Positions 31,675 through 41,533 of a DNA stretch of 64,000 nt are shown here, piece by piece (position 1 is the first letter of the stretch; each line of letters starts with the position of its first letter). The translations under genes were made by a program, and so were the position numbers. The DNA comes from a virus: positions 19,933 to 83,932 of the IMG/VR virus record IMGVR_UViG_3300025913_000027; one strand, 5' to 3'. Under the pieces are notes generated by a model that did no database searches, was not told where the DNA came from, and was given only the letters and a program-made list of their open reading frames with translations.

Positions 31675-32772
31675 ATGGTCAATGTGTCCACTCAAATTTC
31701 GGACGTTATCGTTCCCGCTGTCTTCACTCCGTACACTCAGCAGCTCACGATGGAGAAGACCGCGATCATTCAGAGCGGCGTCGCTGCTCGCGATGACTTC
31801 CTCGACAATTTGCTCGCTGGCGGCGGTCTGACCTTCACCGTGCCGTCTTGGCAGGACATCGGCGATCCGGCGGAGAACGTTTCCTCGGATGACCCGAACA
31901 CCTCTTCGACCCCGAACATCACTCAGACCTCCGCCGAAGTCGCGGTGCGCCTCTCGCGTAATGCGAGCTGGAGCACGATGCGTCTGGCGACCGCTCTGGC
32001 CGGTTCCGATCCGATGCAGTCCATCGCATCGCGCGTTTCCGACTACTGGGTCCGCCGGTTGCAGCGCGCGTTCGTCGCAGTTGCCAACGGCATCTTTGCC
32101 AACAACGCTCTGGCCGACCCCACGCTGGGCCGTTCCGGGCAAGTCGGCATCAATGCGGCCTACGGCACTCAGAATGACTTGACCCACGACGTTTCGGGCG
32201 TGTCGTTCTCGGCAGGCGTGACCAACTTCTCAGGCTCGGCGTTTATCGATGCCTGCACGCTGCTCGGCGACGCCGCCGAGGACGTGACCGCCGTGTTCAT
32301 GCACTCCATCGTCTATTCGACGGCGCAGAAGAACAACCTGATCGACTTCGTCCCGGACAGCGAAGGCAAGGTCAACATTCCGACCTTTATGGGCCGTCGC
32401 GTGATCGTTGACGACGGTATGCCCAACCCCGCTGGCGACGCCAGCAACGGCGCGCAGACCGCCGCAGGCATCTATCATACGTGGCTTGTGGGTCCTGCCG
32501 CGTTCCGGCTCGGCGTGGGTACGCCCATCGTGCCGACCGAAGTCTTCCGCAATCCGGACCGTGGTAACGGCGCGGGTAGCGATACTCTCTACAACCGCGT
32601 CGAGTGGTGCATCCATCCGGTCGGCCATGCCTACGTCGGCTCGCCCGCTACCGATGGTGGCCCGACCAACGCCGCGACCGCGAACAACCTCGCGTATTCC
32701 CACTCGTGGGTCCGCGTGTTCCCGGAACGCAAGCAGATCAAGCTTGCCCGCCTGATCACCCGCGAGAGCTAA
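31675..32772 (+). CDS. Major capsid protein
   Basis: TQISDVIVPAVFTPY N-terminus, MHS.VY, IPTFMGRRVIVDD, W.RVFPERKQI; strong codon bias, AGGAG SD, downstream terminator. Confidence 0.9.
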   Translation: MVNVSTQISDVIVPAVFTPYTQQLTMEKTAIIQSGVAARDDFLDNLLAGGGLTFTVPSWQDIGDPAENVSSDDPNTSSTPNITQTSAEVAVRLSRNASWSTMRLATALAGSDPMQSIASRVSDYWVRRLQRAFVAVANGIFANNALADPTLGRSGQVGINAAYGTQNDLTHDVSGVSFSAGVTNFSGSAFIDACTLLGDAAEDVTAVFMHSIVYSTAQKNNLIDFVPDSEGKVNIPTFMGRRVIVDDGMPNPAGDASNGAQTAAGIYHTWLVGPAAFRLGVGTPIVPTEVFRNPDRGNGAGSDTLYNRVEWCIHPVGHAYVGSPATDGGPTNAATANNLAYSHSWVRVFPERKQIKLARLITRES

Positions 32773-32798
32773 AGGCTCTCGTCGAGCGCCTGCATTAT

Positions 32799-32836
32799 AA
32801 GAGCCCGCTCGGCAATCGGGCGGGCTCTTTCTCTTT
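32799..32836 (+). terminator. Intrinsic terminator after capsid gene
   Basis: GAGCCCGCTCG...CGGGCGGGCTC hairpin followed by TTTCTCTTT. Confidence 0.8.
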
Positions 32837-32848
32837 CGGAGGATCACC

Positions 32849-33073
32849 ATGGCCAATCAGCTTTCCGGTCAGACCACGCCCTCGCCGCGTGAATACAACA
32901 AACATCAGCGTCATGCTCCGTATGCCCGTCTGCGGCATTCGCAGCAGGCCATTGCTTTCCTCGCCGCGCAGGCTGCGCGCTTGTCGAGCACCGCTGCAAC
33001 GATTTACGCCAAGCTGACCAAGTACGGTGCGGACCGGGTCAAGGCCGCTACCAATATCAGTCAGCTCCCCTGA
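32849..33073 (+). CDS. Hypothetical protein
   Basis: GGAGG SD, 74 aa. Confidence 0.7.
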   Translation: MANQLSGQTTPSPREYNKHQRHAPYARLRHSQQAIAFLAAQAARLSSTAATIYAKLTKYGADRVKAATNISQLP

Positions 33074-33209
33074 TCTAATTGCTCGACGTAGCGGGCTAAG
33101 AGGGGGACACTTTCGGTTCGCACGTTTGAGCATAGGGGTCGGGAGAGCAGACTTCGCATCTGACTTCCGACCCCGACCTATTCTGTCCCCCGCACCATGA
33201 GGTGAAATA

Positions 33210-33899
33210 ATGCCTACGTTCCCCAAAGAAGCTATCAAGCAAATTCTCGAAGGTCTCGACCACACGAACGATGCGCTCTGGACCGACGATGGTGCGCCGC
33301 TCGTGACCGAGGTGCAGCGCCTCGCGAACGACAAGACCATCACCCGGGCGCAGATTAACGATGCCTTCCCCGGCTTCGCGCGTAAAACGACTGACAGCGT
33401 CTCCGAGGATGTGCAGCCCGACGATGAAGCTGCCGAGACGAAAGCCTCGACCGACACGATCATCGATCCGGTTGCGGCTGGGCCGAAGATGGATGACGAA
33501 GACAGCGACGAGCCACTCTCGCCCGAGCAAGAGCACGAGCGTCTCCGCAAACTGGCTCTTGCCCGCGTGCATGCGGCAGAAGAGGCAGTCGCAGCGGCCA
33601 AGAGTGCCGTCTCGGAAGCTCAGCGCGGCGTGCAACAGGCCGAAGGCCGTCTTACTCGTGCGCTCCAAGTCTACAGCTCGAAGTATCCGCCAATCTCTCC
33701 GGCCGAAGCGATCAAAATCCACCTTGCTCGGCAGCAGGAGCTTCTTCGGGAGCGCGTGACCGGTTCGCGGTTTGAGCCCAATGTCGCGGCGAACCCGGTC
33801 GATCAGACCCTCATGGACCGCAAACGCAACAATGGTCGCAATGGGCGAGGCCCGACGCCGGGGCCATTCCTTCCCCGCAAAGCAGCGGTGAACTACTAA
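33210..33899 (+). CDS. Hypothetical head-region protein (N-terminal LDHxND..WTxDGxP domain, coiled coil)
   Basis: GAGG SD; typical post-capsid position. Confidence 0.7.
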   Translation: MPTFPKEAIKQILEGLDHTNDALWTDDGAPLVTEVQRLANDKTITRAQINDAFPGFARKTTDSVSEDVQPDDEAAETKASTDTIIDPVAAGPKMDDEDSDEPLSPEQEHERLRKLALARVHAAEEAVAAAKSAVSEAQRGVQQAEGRLTRALQVYSSKYPPISPAEAIKIHLARQQELLRERVTGSRFEPNVAANPVDQTLMDRKRNNGRNGRGPTPGPFLPRKAAVNY

Positions 33900-33947
33900 A
33901 GAGGTCTCTGCCCAATGGTTTCGCTCATCTCGGGCAAGGCTACCCCC

Positions 33948-33982
33948 AAAGCGCCGCCGTGCAGCGATGCAGGCGGCGCTTT
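33948..33982 (+). terminator. Terminator-like hairpin
   Basis: AAAGCGCCGCC...GGCGGCGCTTT. Confidence 0.6.
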
Positions 33983-34001
33983 AGCATAGAAAGCACGAGT
34001 G

Positions 34002-34913
34002 ATGACCGCGATCTTTTCGGTACAGGATGAGACAGGCACCGTCGCGCAAGTGACGATAATGCCCTCGCCATCGCCCGCCCAGCATATTACGGTCGGCGAC
34101 ACTGGCGTCTATGCGGGCTTCCCGGATGACGGGACCGCCAGTTTTGCAACCCCGACGTTTCAGTCCCTCCCCTTCACTGTCAGTCAGGTTCTCGATGACG
34201 AGCATTTCTCGGTCTCGACGATCAATGCGAACATGGCCGACTGGCCCGCGTTCGGGCAGATCACGTGGACGACTGGCGCGAACACCGACGAGACCTCGAC
34301 CGTGTCAGAGATTGACGGGGCGAACGCGTACATTTCGGTCGAAGAGTTTACCAAATATCACGCGGCGCGCGGCAACGCGGTCCCGGCGGACGCTACTGTG
34401 CAGCAAATAAGGGCTGCCATCGTGCAAGGCACGGACTATCTTGATCAGCGCTATCGCTACAGCGGCGTAAAGCGCTTGCAGACTATCGGCTCCGCCGTGA
34501 TGGATGCGAACGCCACTTTCCTCGAAACGTGGCTCACGCCTTATGCGCTGAATGGCGTCTCCTACCTCACGCCGACGACCTCGAAGCAAAGCACTGAATG
34601 GCCGCGACAGGGCGTCATCGACTTCAACGGCGACACGGTCAACGGCATCCCCAAGCAGATCAGGGCGGCGTGCGCCGAGCTGGCGATCAGGGTCCTCAAC
34701 GGGACCGTGCTCCAGCCGGACTACGATCCCAACCTCGTCGGCGCGGGCGGCGTCGTCTCGTCGATCACCAAGAAAGTCGGCCCGCTGGAGACTGTGACCG
34801 CTTATGACACCAAGCTAGGAATTGGCTTCTTTGCGTCTTTCCCTATGGTGGATCGAATGCTCTCGAAAGCGGGGCTGCTCAACTCGGGCGGCGGCCGGAC
34901 AGTCATCCGGTAA
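34002..34913 (+). CDS. Head-tail adaptor with N-terminal extra domain
   Basis: ANAYISVEEF..YH..RG, GTDYLD, Q..EWPR, IPKQIRAACAELA, KKVGPLE. Confidence 0.7.
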   Translation: MTAIFSVQDETGTVAQVTIMPSPSPAQHITVGDTGVYAGFPDDGTASFATPTFQSLPFTVSQVLDDEHFSVSTINANMADWPAFGQITWTTGANTDETSTVSEIDGANAYISVEEFTKYHAARGNAVPADATVQQIRAAIVQGTDYLDQRYRYSGVKRLQTIGSAVMDANATFLETWLTPYALNGVSYLTPTTSKQSTEWPRQGVIDFNGDTVNGIPKQIRAACAELAIRVLNGTVLQPDYDPNLVGAGGVVSSITKKVGPLETVTAYDTKLGIGFFASFPMVDRMLSKAGLLNSGGGRTVIR

Positions 34914-34956
34914 GCCGCGAACATGCTAGTTGTTCGCCCCCATAGGATAACATAGA

Positions 34957-35334
34957 ATGGCCACGAAATTCGACTACCAAGGCGCTATCACGGATGCCGA
35001 CAACCTCATCCAATACTTCGGGATGGACGCGGTTCTCCGGCGCGCAGGGAGTAGCCCAGAAGATCGGCCCTGTCGGGTCGTGATCATCAGCTACGATCCG
35101 CGCGAGAAGCCCGCCGACCTTGCTAATCCGACCGACCGAAAGGTCATCATGTCGGCGGCAAATTCGGAGGTGCAACTGATGCCGCCGGACAATGAACAGG
35201 ATCAATTGGTGACGTTCGTGCAGCCCCCAACGAGCCCGCCCGTGATCCACGAAATTCTGCCGTTGACTTGTAAGCCCAAGCCAACTGCGCCTGCCGGGGT
35301 AACTGTTCTCTGGGAATTTACGGTACGGCGATGA
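34957..35334 (+). CDS. Head closure/stopper protein
   Basis: Size, position, ADNLIQYFG...P..PAGVTVLWE. Confidence 0.6.
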   Translation: MATKFDYQGAITDADNLIQYFGMDAVLRRAGSSPEDRPCRVVIISYDPREKPADLANPTDRKVIMSAANSEVQLMPPDNEQDQLVTFVQPPTSPPVIHEILPLTCKPKPTAPAGVTVLWEFTVRR

Positions 35335-35834
35335 GCGCAAAGGTAGATCGGCGGCAACTGATTTTGGATAGGCTTGTGACCCTCTTGTCCGGCCTGACCA
35401 TTCAACTTTCTACGGGAACGATCCCGGCGGGAAACATCGTGCATAATCGCGATGAACTCCCGAAGGAGCTTGTCCCGGGCATCATCCTCTTGGATGCTGA
35501 CGAGGTTCGTGATTTTAACTTCCCCTCTATGCAAGGGCGGAGTGAGCGTCCCGGACCCGGTATCCTGAAAATGACGCCGGAGATTTATGTTGTGCTCGAC
35601 GTTCGCAAACCGAAGAACGTGCTAGTCGGGCAGGACTTGGGTTTAGCGCGTGTGGCGATCATCAATCTGATCCTACACGATAGGGACCTACAGGCCATTA
35701 CAGGGTCGAGTGGGTCAATACTATACGACGGATGCGTCACTGACCTCGCGCGCAACCGGCAGATGAAGGGGCAGATGGGCTTGAGCTTCACGTTCTCATA
35801 CCCGTTCATCCCTGACGAGTTCGCGGCAGCCTAA
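35331..35834 (+). CDS. Tail terminator-like protein
   Basis: Position before tail tube; size 167 aa. Confidence 0.55.
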   Translation: MSAKVDRRQLILDRLVTLLSGLTIQLSTGTIPAGNIVHNRDELPKELVPGIILLDADEVRDFNFPSMQGRSERPGPGILKMTPEIYVVLDVRKPKNVLVGQDLGLARVAIINLILHDRDLQAITGSSGSILYDGCVTDLARNRQMKGQMGLSFTFSYPFIPDEFAAA

Positions 35835-35846
35835 CGGAGAGAACCT

Positions 35847-36416
35847 ATGCCCATTGGAAACGAACATATCGAGGGCTCCCTCGTTAGCCCGAACATCGGC
35901 AACTACTACATCGGCAAGGGCATCGTCAGCATCAAGCTGCTTGGCGAGACCGAGTTTGTTGATTGCGGCAACGTTCCGCAGTTCGAGTTTCTGGCGAAGG
36001 TCACTCAGCTTGACCACTTCTCCAGCCGGACCGGCGTTCGTGTCAAGGACTTCACCGCCGTCATTGAGATCGCGGGCTCGCTTACGATGCAGCTCGAAGA
36101 GCTGACCGCGCGCAACATGGGCTTCGCTCTGCTCGGTCTGCCGACCGGCGGCCCGTCGCCGGTCCCGGATACAATCGACATCTTCTCCAGCCCGGTCATC
36201 TACGGCTCGGTGCGGTTCGTCGGCACCAACGACATCGGCCCCATCTGGACGGTGAACTTCCCTCTCGTGAAACTGTCGCCCTCGAAGGCTCTCGGCCTGA
36301 TCGCGAATACGTGGGGCGTCATCGATCTCGAAGGCGACGTGCTGTTCGATCAGTTGCAACAGACCTTCGGCACCGCGACCGTCTCGCTGCCGAACTCGCC
36401 TACCAGCAACCTCTAA
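35847..36416 (+). CDS. Major tail tube protein
   Basis: YYIGKG, GNVPQFE, DHFSSRTGVR.KD motifs; biased codons. Confidence 0.8.
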   Translation: MPIGNEHIEGSLVSPNIGNYYIGKGIVSIKLLGETEFVDCGNVPQFEFLAKVTQLDHFSSRTGVRVKDFTAVIEIAGSLTMQLEELTARNMGFALLGLPTGGPSPVPDTIDIFSSPVIYGSVRFVGTNDIGPIWTVNFPLVKLSPSKALGLIANTWGVIDLEGDVLFDQLQQTFGTATVSLPNSPTSNL

Positions 36417-36422
36417 GCTATC

Positions 36423-36469
36423 AGCCCGTGGCCTGTTTTCAGCATCCGTTGAAACAGGCCACGGGGCTT
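36423..36469 (+). terminator. Long inverted repeat after tail tube gene
   Basis: CCCGTGGCCTGTTT / AAACAGGCCACGGG. Confidence 0.6.
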
Positions 36470-36543
36470 ATGGTTTCATAGGCCAAAACGGACAGAAAAT
36501 GTCCGTTTCGGCGTATGAAGTATCCCACCGGAGAACTCCCCCC

Positions 36544-36927
36544 ATGACCGACGAAACTCAAGACCCCGCTGCCGCCCCTGTAGTGGCTCAGGATGCGCCC
36601 GCTGCCGACCCGGCCCCGGAAGTCGCCGCCGACCCGGCAGCCGCTCCAGACCCCGTTTCTGAGGCTCCGGCCGCCGACCCGGCCCCGGAAGTCGCTGCCG
36701 ACCCGGCCCCGGAAGTCGCTGCCGACCCGGCCCCGGAAGTCGCTGCCGACCCGGCCCCGGAAGTCGCCGCCGACCCCGCTCCGGCGGCTGATCCCGCTCC
36801 GGCTGCCGACCCCGTAGCGGACGACGAGGACCTCGAAATCGAGATCACCGAAACGATCCGGGTCCACAATCCGAACGCCCTCCGTGGCGTCCCCGCCGGT
36901 CCGCCTCCGCATCCGCGTACCGTATAA
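36544..36927 (+). CDS. Acidic Pro/Ala-rich protein with AADPAPEV tandem repeats
   Basis: GGAG SD, ATG 36544; 24-bp tandem repeats. Confidence 0.65.
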   Translation: MTDETQDPAAAPVVAQDAPAADPAPEVAADPAAAPDPVSEAPAADPAPEVAADPAPEVAADPAPEVAADPAPEVAADPAPAADPAPAADPVADDEDLEIEITETIRVHNPNALRGVPAGPPPHPRTV

Positions 36928-36972
36928 GGTTTCTACCCTATCGAATGTCCCCCTTCGAATAAGGAATAGATT

Positions 36973-37434
36973 ATGAGCACCAAGCCGGGCCTCAATCTGG
37001 CCGATCTCGCCCCAATGTATGAAGACGTGCCAATTGGAGACAGCTACCTCCGCGTCCACGGTATCAGCGCGAAGACCGGCCTCGAAATCTTCAAGCGCTT
37101 TCCCAAGGTTCTGGGAATGGTTGGTGAAGGGTTCAATCTCGGAAACTTTCTGGCAGTAGCTCCCGATGCCGTGGCCGCGATCATCGCAGCCGCGACCGAC
37201 AACCTCGGCGATGAGAAGGCAGAAGCGGTAGCAGCCGGGCTCGGGGTCGAGACCCAGTTTGATATTTTGGAAGCGGTAGGGAGGCTTACCTTTACAAGAG
37301 GGTTCGCCCCTTTCGCGGAGAGGATCATGGCCCTCGCAGGCGCAGCCAACTCCGGCCTCTCTTCAAAGGTGCCGGATTTGAAATCGCCGCCAGCATCGAA
37401 GCCCTCATCGCCGCCGGACACCCCCCAAGCGTAG
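36973..37434 (+). CDS. Tail assembly chaperone (G)
   Basis: Position after tail tube; slippery C CCT TTC at 37308..37314. Confidence 0.75.
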   Translation: MSTKPGLNLADLAPMYEDVPIGDSYLRVHGISAKTGLEIFKRFPKVLGMVGEGFNLGNFLAVAPDAVAAIIAAATDNLGDEKAEAVAAGLGVETQFDILEAVGRLTFTRGFAPFAERIMALAGAANSGLSSKVPDLKSPPASKPSSPPDTPQA

Positions 37435-37595
37435 TCTGGGACTACACCCCCAGACAGATGGCAGCTTTCACGTTTCTCGCGGTCAAACGGAAGAACCGTG
37501 AGGACCATGCCTCGCTCTCGTTGATGCTACTCGCGCAGAGTGGTGACGAGAAGGCGGTCAAGAAGCAATTGGAGACTTGGGAGAGGGATGCCTGA
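37308..37595 (+). CDS. -1 frameshift extension of tail chaperone (G-T)
   Basis: -1 frame open to TGA 37595, encodes IEALIAAGHPPSVVWDYTPRQ. Confidence 0.7.
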   Translation, partial: PFRGEDHGPRRRSQLRPLFKGAGFEIAASIEALIAAGHPPSVVWDYTPRQMAAFTFLAVKRKNREDHASLSLMLLAQSGDEKAVKKQLETWERDA

Positions 37596-38143
37596 TGCCC
37601 CTTCGCATCACAACCGATAAGATCGCGGCCCCGAAGTTCAAACAGAATTTGGCTGGGCTCCGAGACCGGTTCGAGAAGGCCCTGACTGCCTCAGTCAACA
37701 TGGCTGCGTCCATGATCAAAGAACAGGCCGATGCGGATATCGCTGGAGCTGGAAATTTCGGACAACGCTGGACGGAGGGCCTGCATGTAGACGTGAGCGA
37801 CACGCTCGGCAACATGCGGATCAGCGTCACGCATGATATCCCTTATGCCGGGATTTTCGAGACCGGCGGTGTGATCAAGGGAAATCCATTCCTCTGGATA
37901 CCGATCAGCGGGACGGATGCCGAGCGCACTCCCGCAAGCGCGTATAGTGGAGGGCTCTTCTCCGTCAACCGCAAGAGCGGCGGCCCACCGCTGCTCTTCT
38001 CCATTTCGGATAAACAACCGAAGTATTTCGGGGTCGAGAGCGTCACGATCCCGAAGAAATTCCATACCGGCGAAATCGTGAAGAGTGTGATGGGGAATTT
38101 CCGTCAGATATTCGATAGCGCGTTTAGGAGTAGGACCGTCTGA
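37595..38143 (+). CDS. Tail completion/neck protein (HK97 gp10-like)
   Basis: IPYAGIFETGGVIKG..LWIP; TGATG overlap. Confidence 0.55.
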   Translation: MPLRITTDKIAAPKFKQNLAGLRDRFEKALTASVNMAASMIKEQADADIAGAGNFGQRWTEGLHVDVSDTLGNMRISVTHDIPYAGIFETGGVIKGNPFLWIPISGTDAERTPASAYSGGLFSVNRKSGGPPLLFSISDKQPKYFGVESVTIPKKFHTGEIVKSVMGNFRQIFDSAFRSRTV

Positions 38144-40443
38144 TGCCCAATCTTGACGACATCACGCAAAAGATTTTGATCGACGGCGACGCCGAGGTCA
38201 TCAATAAGCTCAGTGAGATCGGAGAGAAAGGCTTCGAGGCGATCAAGGAGCTTAGCGAAGCGGCGGAGAGCGGAGCGAGCGGACTTGAAATCTTCGGGAC
38301 AGCAATCGGCGAAGTAGGCGCGACGATCATCGGGGTCGTCGGCGCGATCTCAGCGTTCGTCGATGCCAATGACGAAGCCATCCAGCGTACCAACTTCCTC
38401 GCGCAGGCGTTCGGGGCCACGACTGAGCAAGTCGTCGGGCTCGAAGCCGCGTTTGCCGCCGCTGGCGTCAGCACGCGTACCTTCGAGCAGTTCGCCCAGC
38501 GGCTCACGACGACTATCGCGCGTGAGTGGCCTGCGATTACCGAGAGTATCCGGACTTCGTCCAACGAACAGGACGCGGCTCAGGAGCGTGTTGTCTCTTC
38601 GACCATCAAAGTGCAGGAGGCCCAGCGGGCACTTGGTTTCGTAAATGACGAGACCGCCAGCAAGATCGCTAACTCGTCCCTTCGGGCACAAGCGGCATAC
38701 ACCGCGCTCCAGTTCGCGGCCTCCCATGCGCTCCAGCAAATCCAGCACGACACGGATAGCGTGCGCGGTGCCGATCTTAGTTTGGAGAGCGCGCAACAGC
38801 GGCTCGCCGAGCTAGAGGGCCGCCCAGTATCGGAAGCGGACAAGCAGGCCCTTCAAATTCGCGAAGCTCAGCTTGCCGTGGACAAAGCCCGGCAGGCGGC
38901 AGCGGATGCTCGCATCGCGCAGCAGGAGCATGCGGCGCAAGCGGCGGCTAAGCAAGCTCAGCTCGAACAGGCGGCGGAGGATGCCGCCCTAAAACACGAG
39001 ACTGCCATTTCCGAGGCTGCGACCTCGCGACAGAAGGCGGAAGAGGCCGTGCGCTCTGCGATCACCGCTCGCGCCGAGGCCGAGGATCGCGCTCAGCAGA
39101 TCGCGCTCAAGAGCATCCCGGCGATCAAGTCGGCAATCGAAGGGCTGACCGACGGTAGCAAGGCGGCCACGACGGCTATCGATCTGACGCAAGTTTCGGT
39201 CACCAATCTGACTAAGGGCATCATTGCTGCCGCTCAGGTCGGCGATAAGCCGCCGACCGGTTTTCAGGTTATGGTCGAGCTGTCCCGTGTTCTTTCCAGC
39301 GAACAGGGCAAGCTCATCGACAGCTCGCAAAAACTCGCTATCGTCCAGCAGCTCAGTCAGCGCGGTTTCAGCACAACGAGTGGAGCGGCCTTTGAGCTGC
39401 TCAACGCGCTGGAGCGCGGGCCGGAGTATTTCAAGAGGTTCGAGAACGCGGCCAAATCCCATTTCTCGGTCAACGAGCAAGGGCGGCAGAACGTCGAACA
39501 CTTTAGAGATGCTATCGCTGCGCTAGGTCAGAGCATCGAACTTGTCAATCGCGACTTCGCGGCTGCCGCGAGCCCAATCTTCACGAGCTTCCTTGAAGCG
39601 CTCAATGAGAGCCTGACCACGAGCGACGGGCTGCTGCATGCGGTCGTAGCGGGCGTTCAAGCTATCGGTGCGGGTCTTGGGGTCGTTATCGAGGGCTATC
39701 AGAAGCTCGCGACTGCGATTGATCATGCGTTCAATCTTGAGCCCGGGAGGGCGATGCAGGCTCTTATTGGGGCGGCTATCACGGCGGTTGCGCTCTTCGC
39801 ATCCGCGTGGCTGGCGGTCCCGGCTGCGATTGCGGTCGTGGTGACAGCTATCGGCTACATCGCGGAAAACTGGGATAAAGTACGAGAAGGGGCAGCTCGC
39901 GCATGGGAGGCGGTCACCAATAGCTCGGTAGTCAAATTCTTGGAGAGCGTCCTCGAAGAGGTGAAGGCTATCTGGAGTTTCCTCTCGAAGATCGTCGCGG
40001 CAGCGAACACCCTATCTCCGATAAGCGGCAAGAGCGGCGGCGCGAGTGCTGGCGCGGGAGGCAGCGAAAGTGGCGCGCAGGGGTTCGCGGAAGGCGGCCC
40101 CATCAACGGCCCGGGAACGACTACGAGCGACAGCATCCTCGCGCGCCTGTCGCGCGGCGAGTTCGTCATCAAGGCAGCGGCGGTGCAGACATATGGCGCT
40201 GGGCTCTTCCATGCGCTGAACAACATGATGCTGCCCGGCTTCGCGTCCGGTGGCCTCGTGCCATCTCCGGTCCGTCTGCCCGGCGGCGGCAGCGTGCCCG
40301 CGACGAGCACATTGAACTTGTCAATCGACGGACGATCCTTTAATGGTTTGCGGGGGCCGAAGAGCACGATTGACGACCTCTCCAGCTTCGCGATTGCCCG
40401 CCAGACTTCGGCGGCGGGTAGCAACCCTTCATGGATGAAGTAA
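38143..40443 (+). CDS. Tail tape measure protein
   Basis: Ala-rich helical, coiled coil, GYIAENWDKV, C-terminal GFAEGGPINGPGTTTSDSILARLSRGEFVI. Confidence 0.9.
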   Translation: MPNLDDITQKILIDGDAEVINKLSEIGEKGFEAIKELSEAAESGASGLEIFGTAIGEVGATIIGVVGAISAFVDANDEAIQRTNFLAQAFGATTEQVVGLEAAFAAAGVSTRTFEQFAQRLTTTIAREWPAITESIRTSSNEQDAAQERVVSSTIKVQEAQRALGFVNDETASKIANSSLRAQAAYTALQFAASHALQQIQHDTDSVRGADLSLESAQQRLAELEGRPVSEADKQALQIREAQLAVDKARQAAADARIAQQEHAAQAAAKQAQLEQAAEDAALKHETAISEAATSRQKAEEAVRSAITARAEAEDRAQQIALKSIPAIKSAIEGLTDGSKAATTAIDLTQVSVTNLTKGIIAAAQVGDKPPTGFQVMVELSRVLSSEQGKLIDSSQKLAIVQQLSQRGFSTTSGAAFELLNALERGPEYFKRFENAAKSHFSVNEQGRQNVEHFRDAIAALGQSIELVNRDFAAAASPIFTSFLEALNESLTTSDGLLHAVVAGVQAIGAGLGVVIEGYQKLATAIDHAFNLEPGRAMQALIGAAITAVALFASAWLAVPAAIAVVVTAIGYIAENWDKVREGAARAWEAVTNSSVVKFLESVLEEVKAIWSFLSKIVAAANTLSPISGKSGGASAGAGGSESGAQGFAEGGPINGPGTTTSDSILARLSRGEFVIKAAAVQTYGAGLFHALNNMMLPGFASGGLVPSPVRLPGGGSVPATSTLNLSIDGRSFNGLRGPKSTIDDLSSFAIARQTSAAGSNPSWMK

Positions 40444-41061
40444 ATGCCCAAAGACGCACTGGGACACGGAAGTAATCCTAGAGGCCTCGCGGGCGAACAC
40501 TTGCCCGTGTGGTATCACGGCTCGCCGACCGGCTTTCCCGGTCTGACTGGCCCTATCCATGTCGGCACTTATCGCGCCGCCCGCATGGCGCTTGAAGCGC
40601 GCATCGGCGTGCCTGCGGATGGGAAAGGCTGGGACGGGACGCGAGAGTATGGAAAGACGCTGCTCGCCGGAAAGGAAACGCTCGCTAAAATGGAGAGTGG
40701 CGAGAAGCCCTACTACAATAAGTATCCGGCGTCCGGATACAATGCAGGTAGTTGCGACGAAGAGGTCCCGCAAAAAGACTACTATCCAGATCAGCGAAAG
40801 AGCTTGCCGACGATGGGGAGGGACCGAACGCCAATGTCATTGACCATGCGCCCGGCTGTCCGGGCCTATCAGATAAATGGCCCGATGAAGAACTCTCCGG
40901 GAACGCCGTACACCGACACGCGAGCCAATGCTCTTGCCCGAGCGCAGCAGACCAAGGGCAACGGCAAGCACGGCTTCTATTACACAAATGATGCCGAAGA
41001 CAGCGGCAGTATCTCGGCTGTCGTGCCGAACCACGAGCACTTAACAGGATTGGTAGAATAG
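40444..41061 (+). CDS. KDxxGHGSN-leader protein 9, ART-like cargo
   Basis: MPKDALGHGSN; WYHGS, IHVGT..AA, GFYYTNDAEDSGSISAVV. Confidence 0.7.
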   Translation: MPKDALGHGSNPRGLAGEHLPVWYHGSPTGFPGLTGPIHVGTYRAARMALEARIGVPADGKGWDGTREYGKTLLAGKETLAKMESGEKPYYNKYPASGYNAGSCDEEVPQKDYYPDQRKSLPTMGRDRTPMSLTMRPAVRAYQINGPMKNSPGTPYTDTRANALARAQQTKGNGKHGFYYTNDAEDSGSISAVVPNHEHLTGLVE

Positions 41062-41062
41062 C

Positions 41063-41533
41063 ATGCCCGGCGGATTTGAAAACATTCTCCCCGCGAATGC
41101 GGATACGATCCTAACGATCTCATCGTTCGGGAACATGCTGTATCAGGCGCGTGGCCTGACGCAAACCCTGTCCGTGATCGGCGAGGCAACTCAGCAGGAC
41201 CGCACGATCAACGGCACTCTCGTCGATCTCTCAGTCGCGCAGTTCCGCAAGTATTCCTCGAAGATCACCTCTCCGAGCGATACGAACGCTCCGCCGCTCG
41301 ACGGCGTCTTCCCCGGTATGATCGTCACCGTACAGTGCGCGGTCGGGCTCTCGTATCTCACGAGCGGCGGGAACGGCCCCAACCATCGCACGCCAGTCTC
41401 CGGCTCTGTCTATACCGAAGGAGCATACACCTTCTATCGACCCGAACTCACGATGATGGTCAAGACCGTCGAAACTCAGTTTGATGAATGGAAGAACGTG
41501 GTAGGCTGGACCTTAGAGCTTGAGGAAGTCTGA
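41063..41533 (+). CDS. Distal tail protein
   Basis: ARGLTQTL, RTINGTLVDLS..QFRKY, GWTLELEEV; follows TMP. Confidence 0.7.
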   Translation: MPGGFENILPANADTILTISSFGNMLYQARGLTQTLSVIGEATQQDRTINGTLVDLSVAQFRKYSSKITSPSDTNAPPLDGVFPGMIVTVQCAVGLSYLTSGGNGPNHRTPVSGSVYTEGAYTFYRPELTMMVKTVETQFDEWKNVVGWTLELEEV

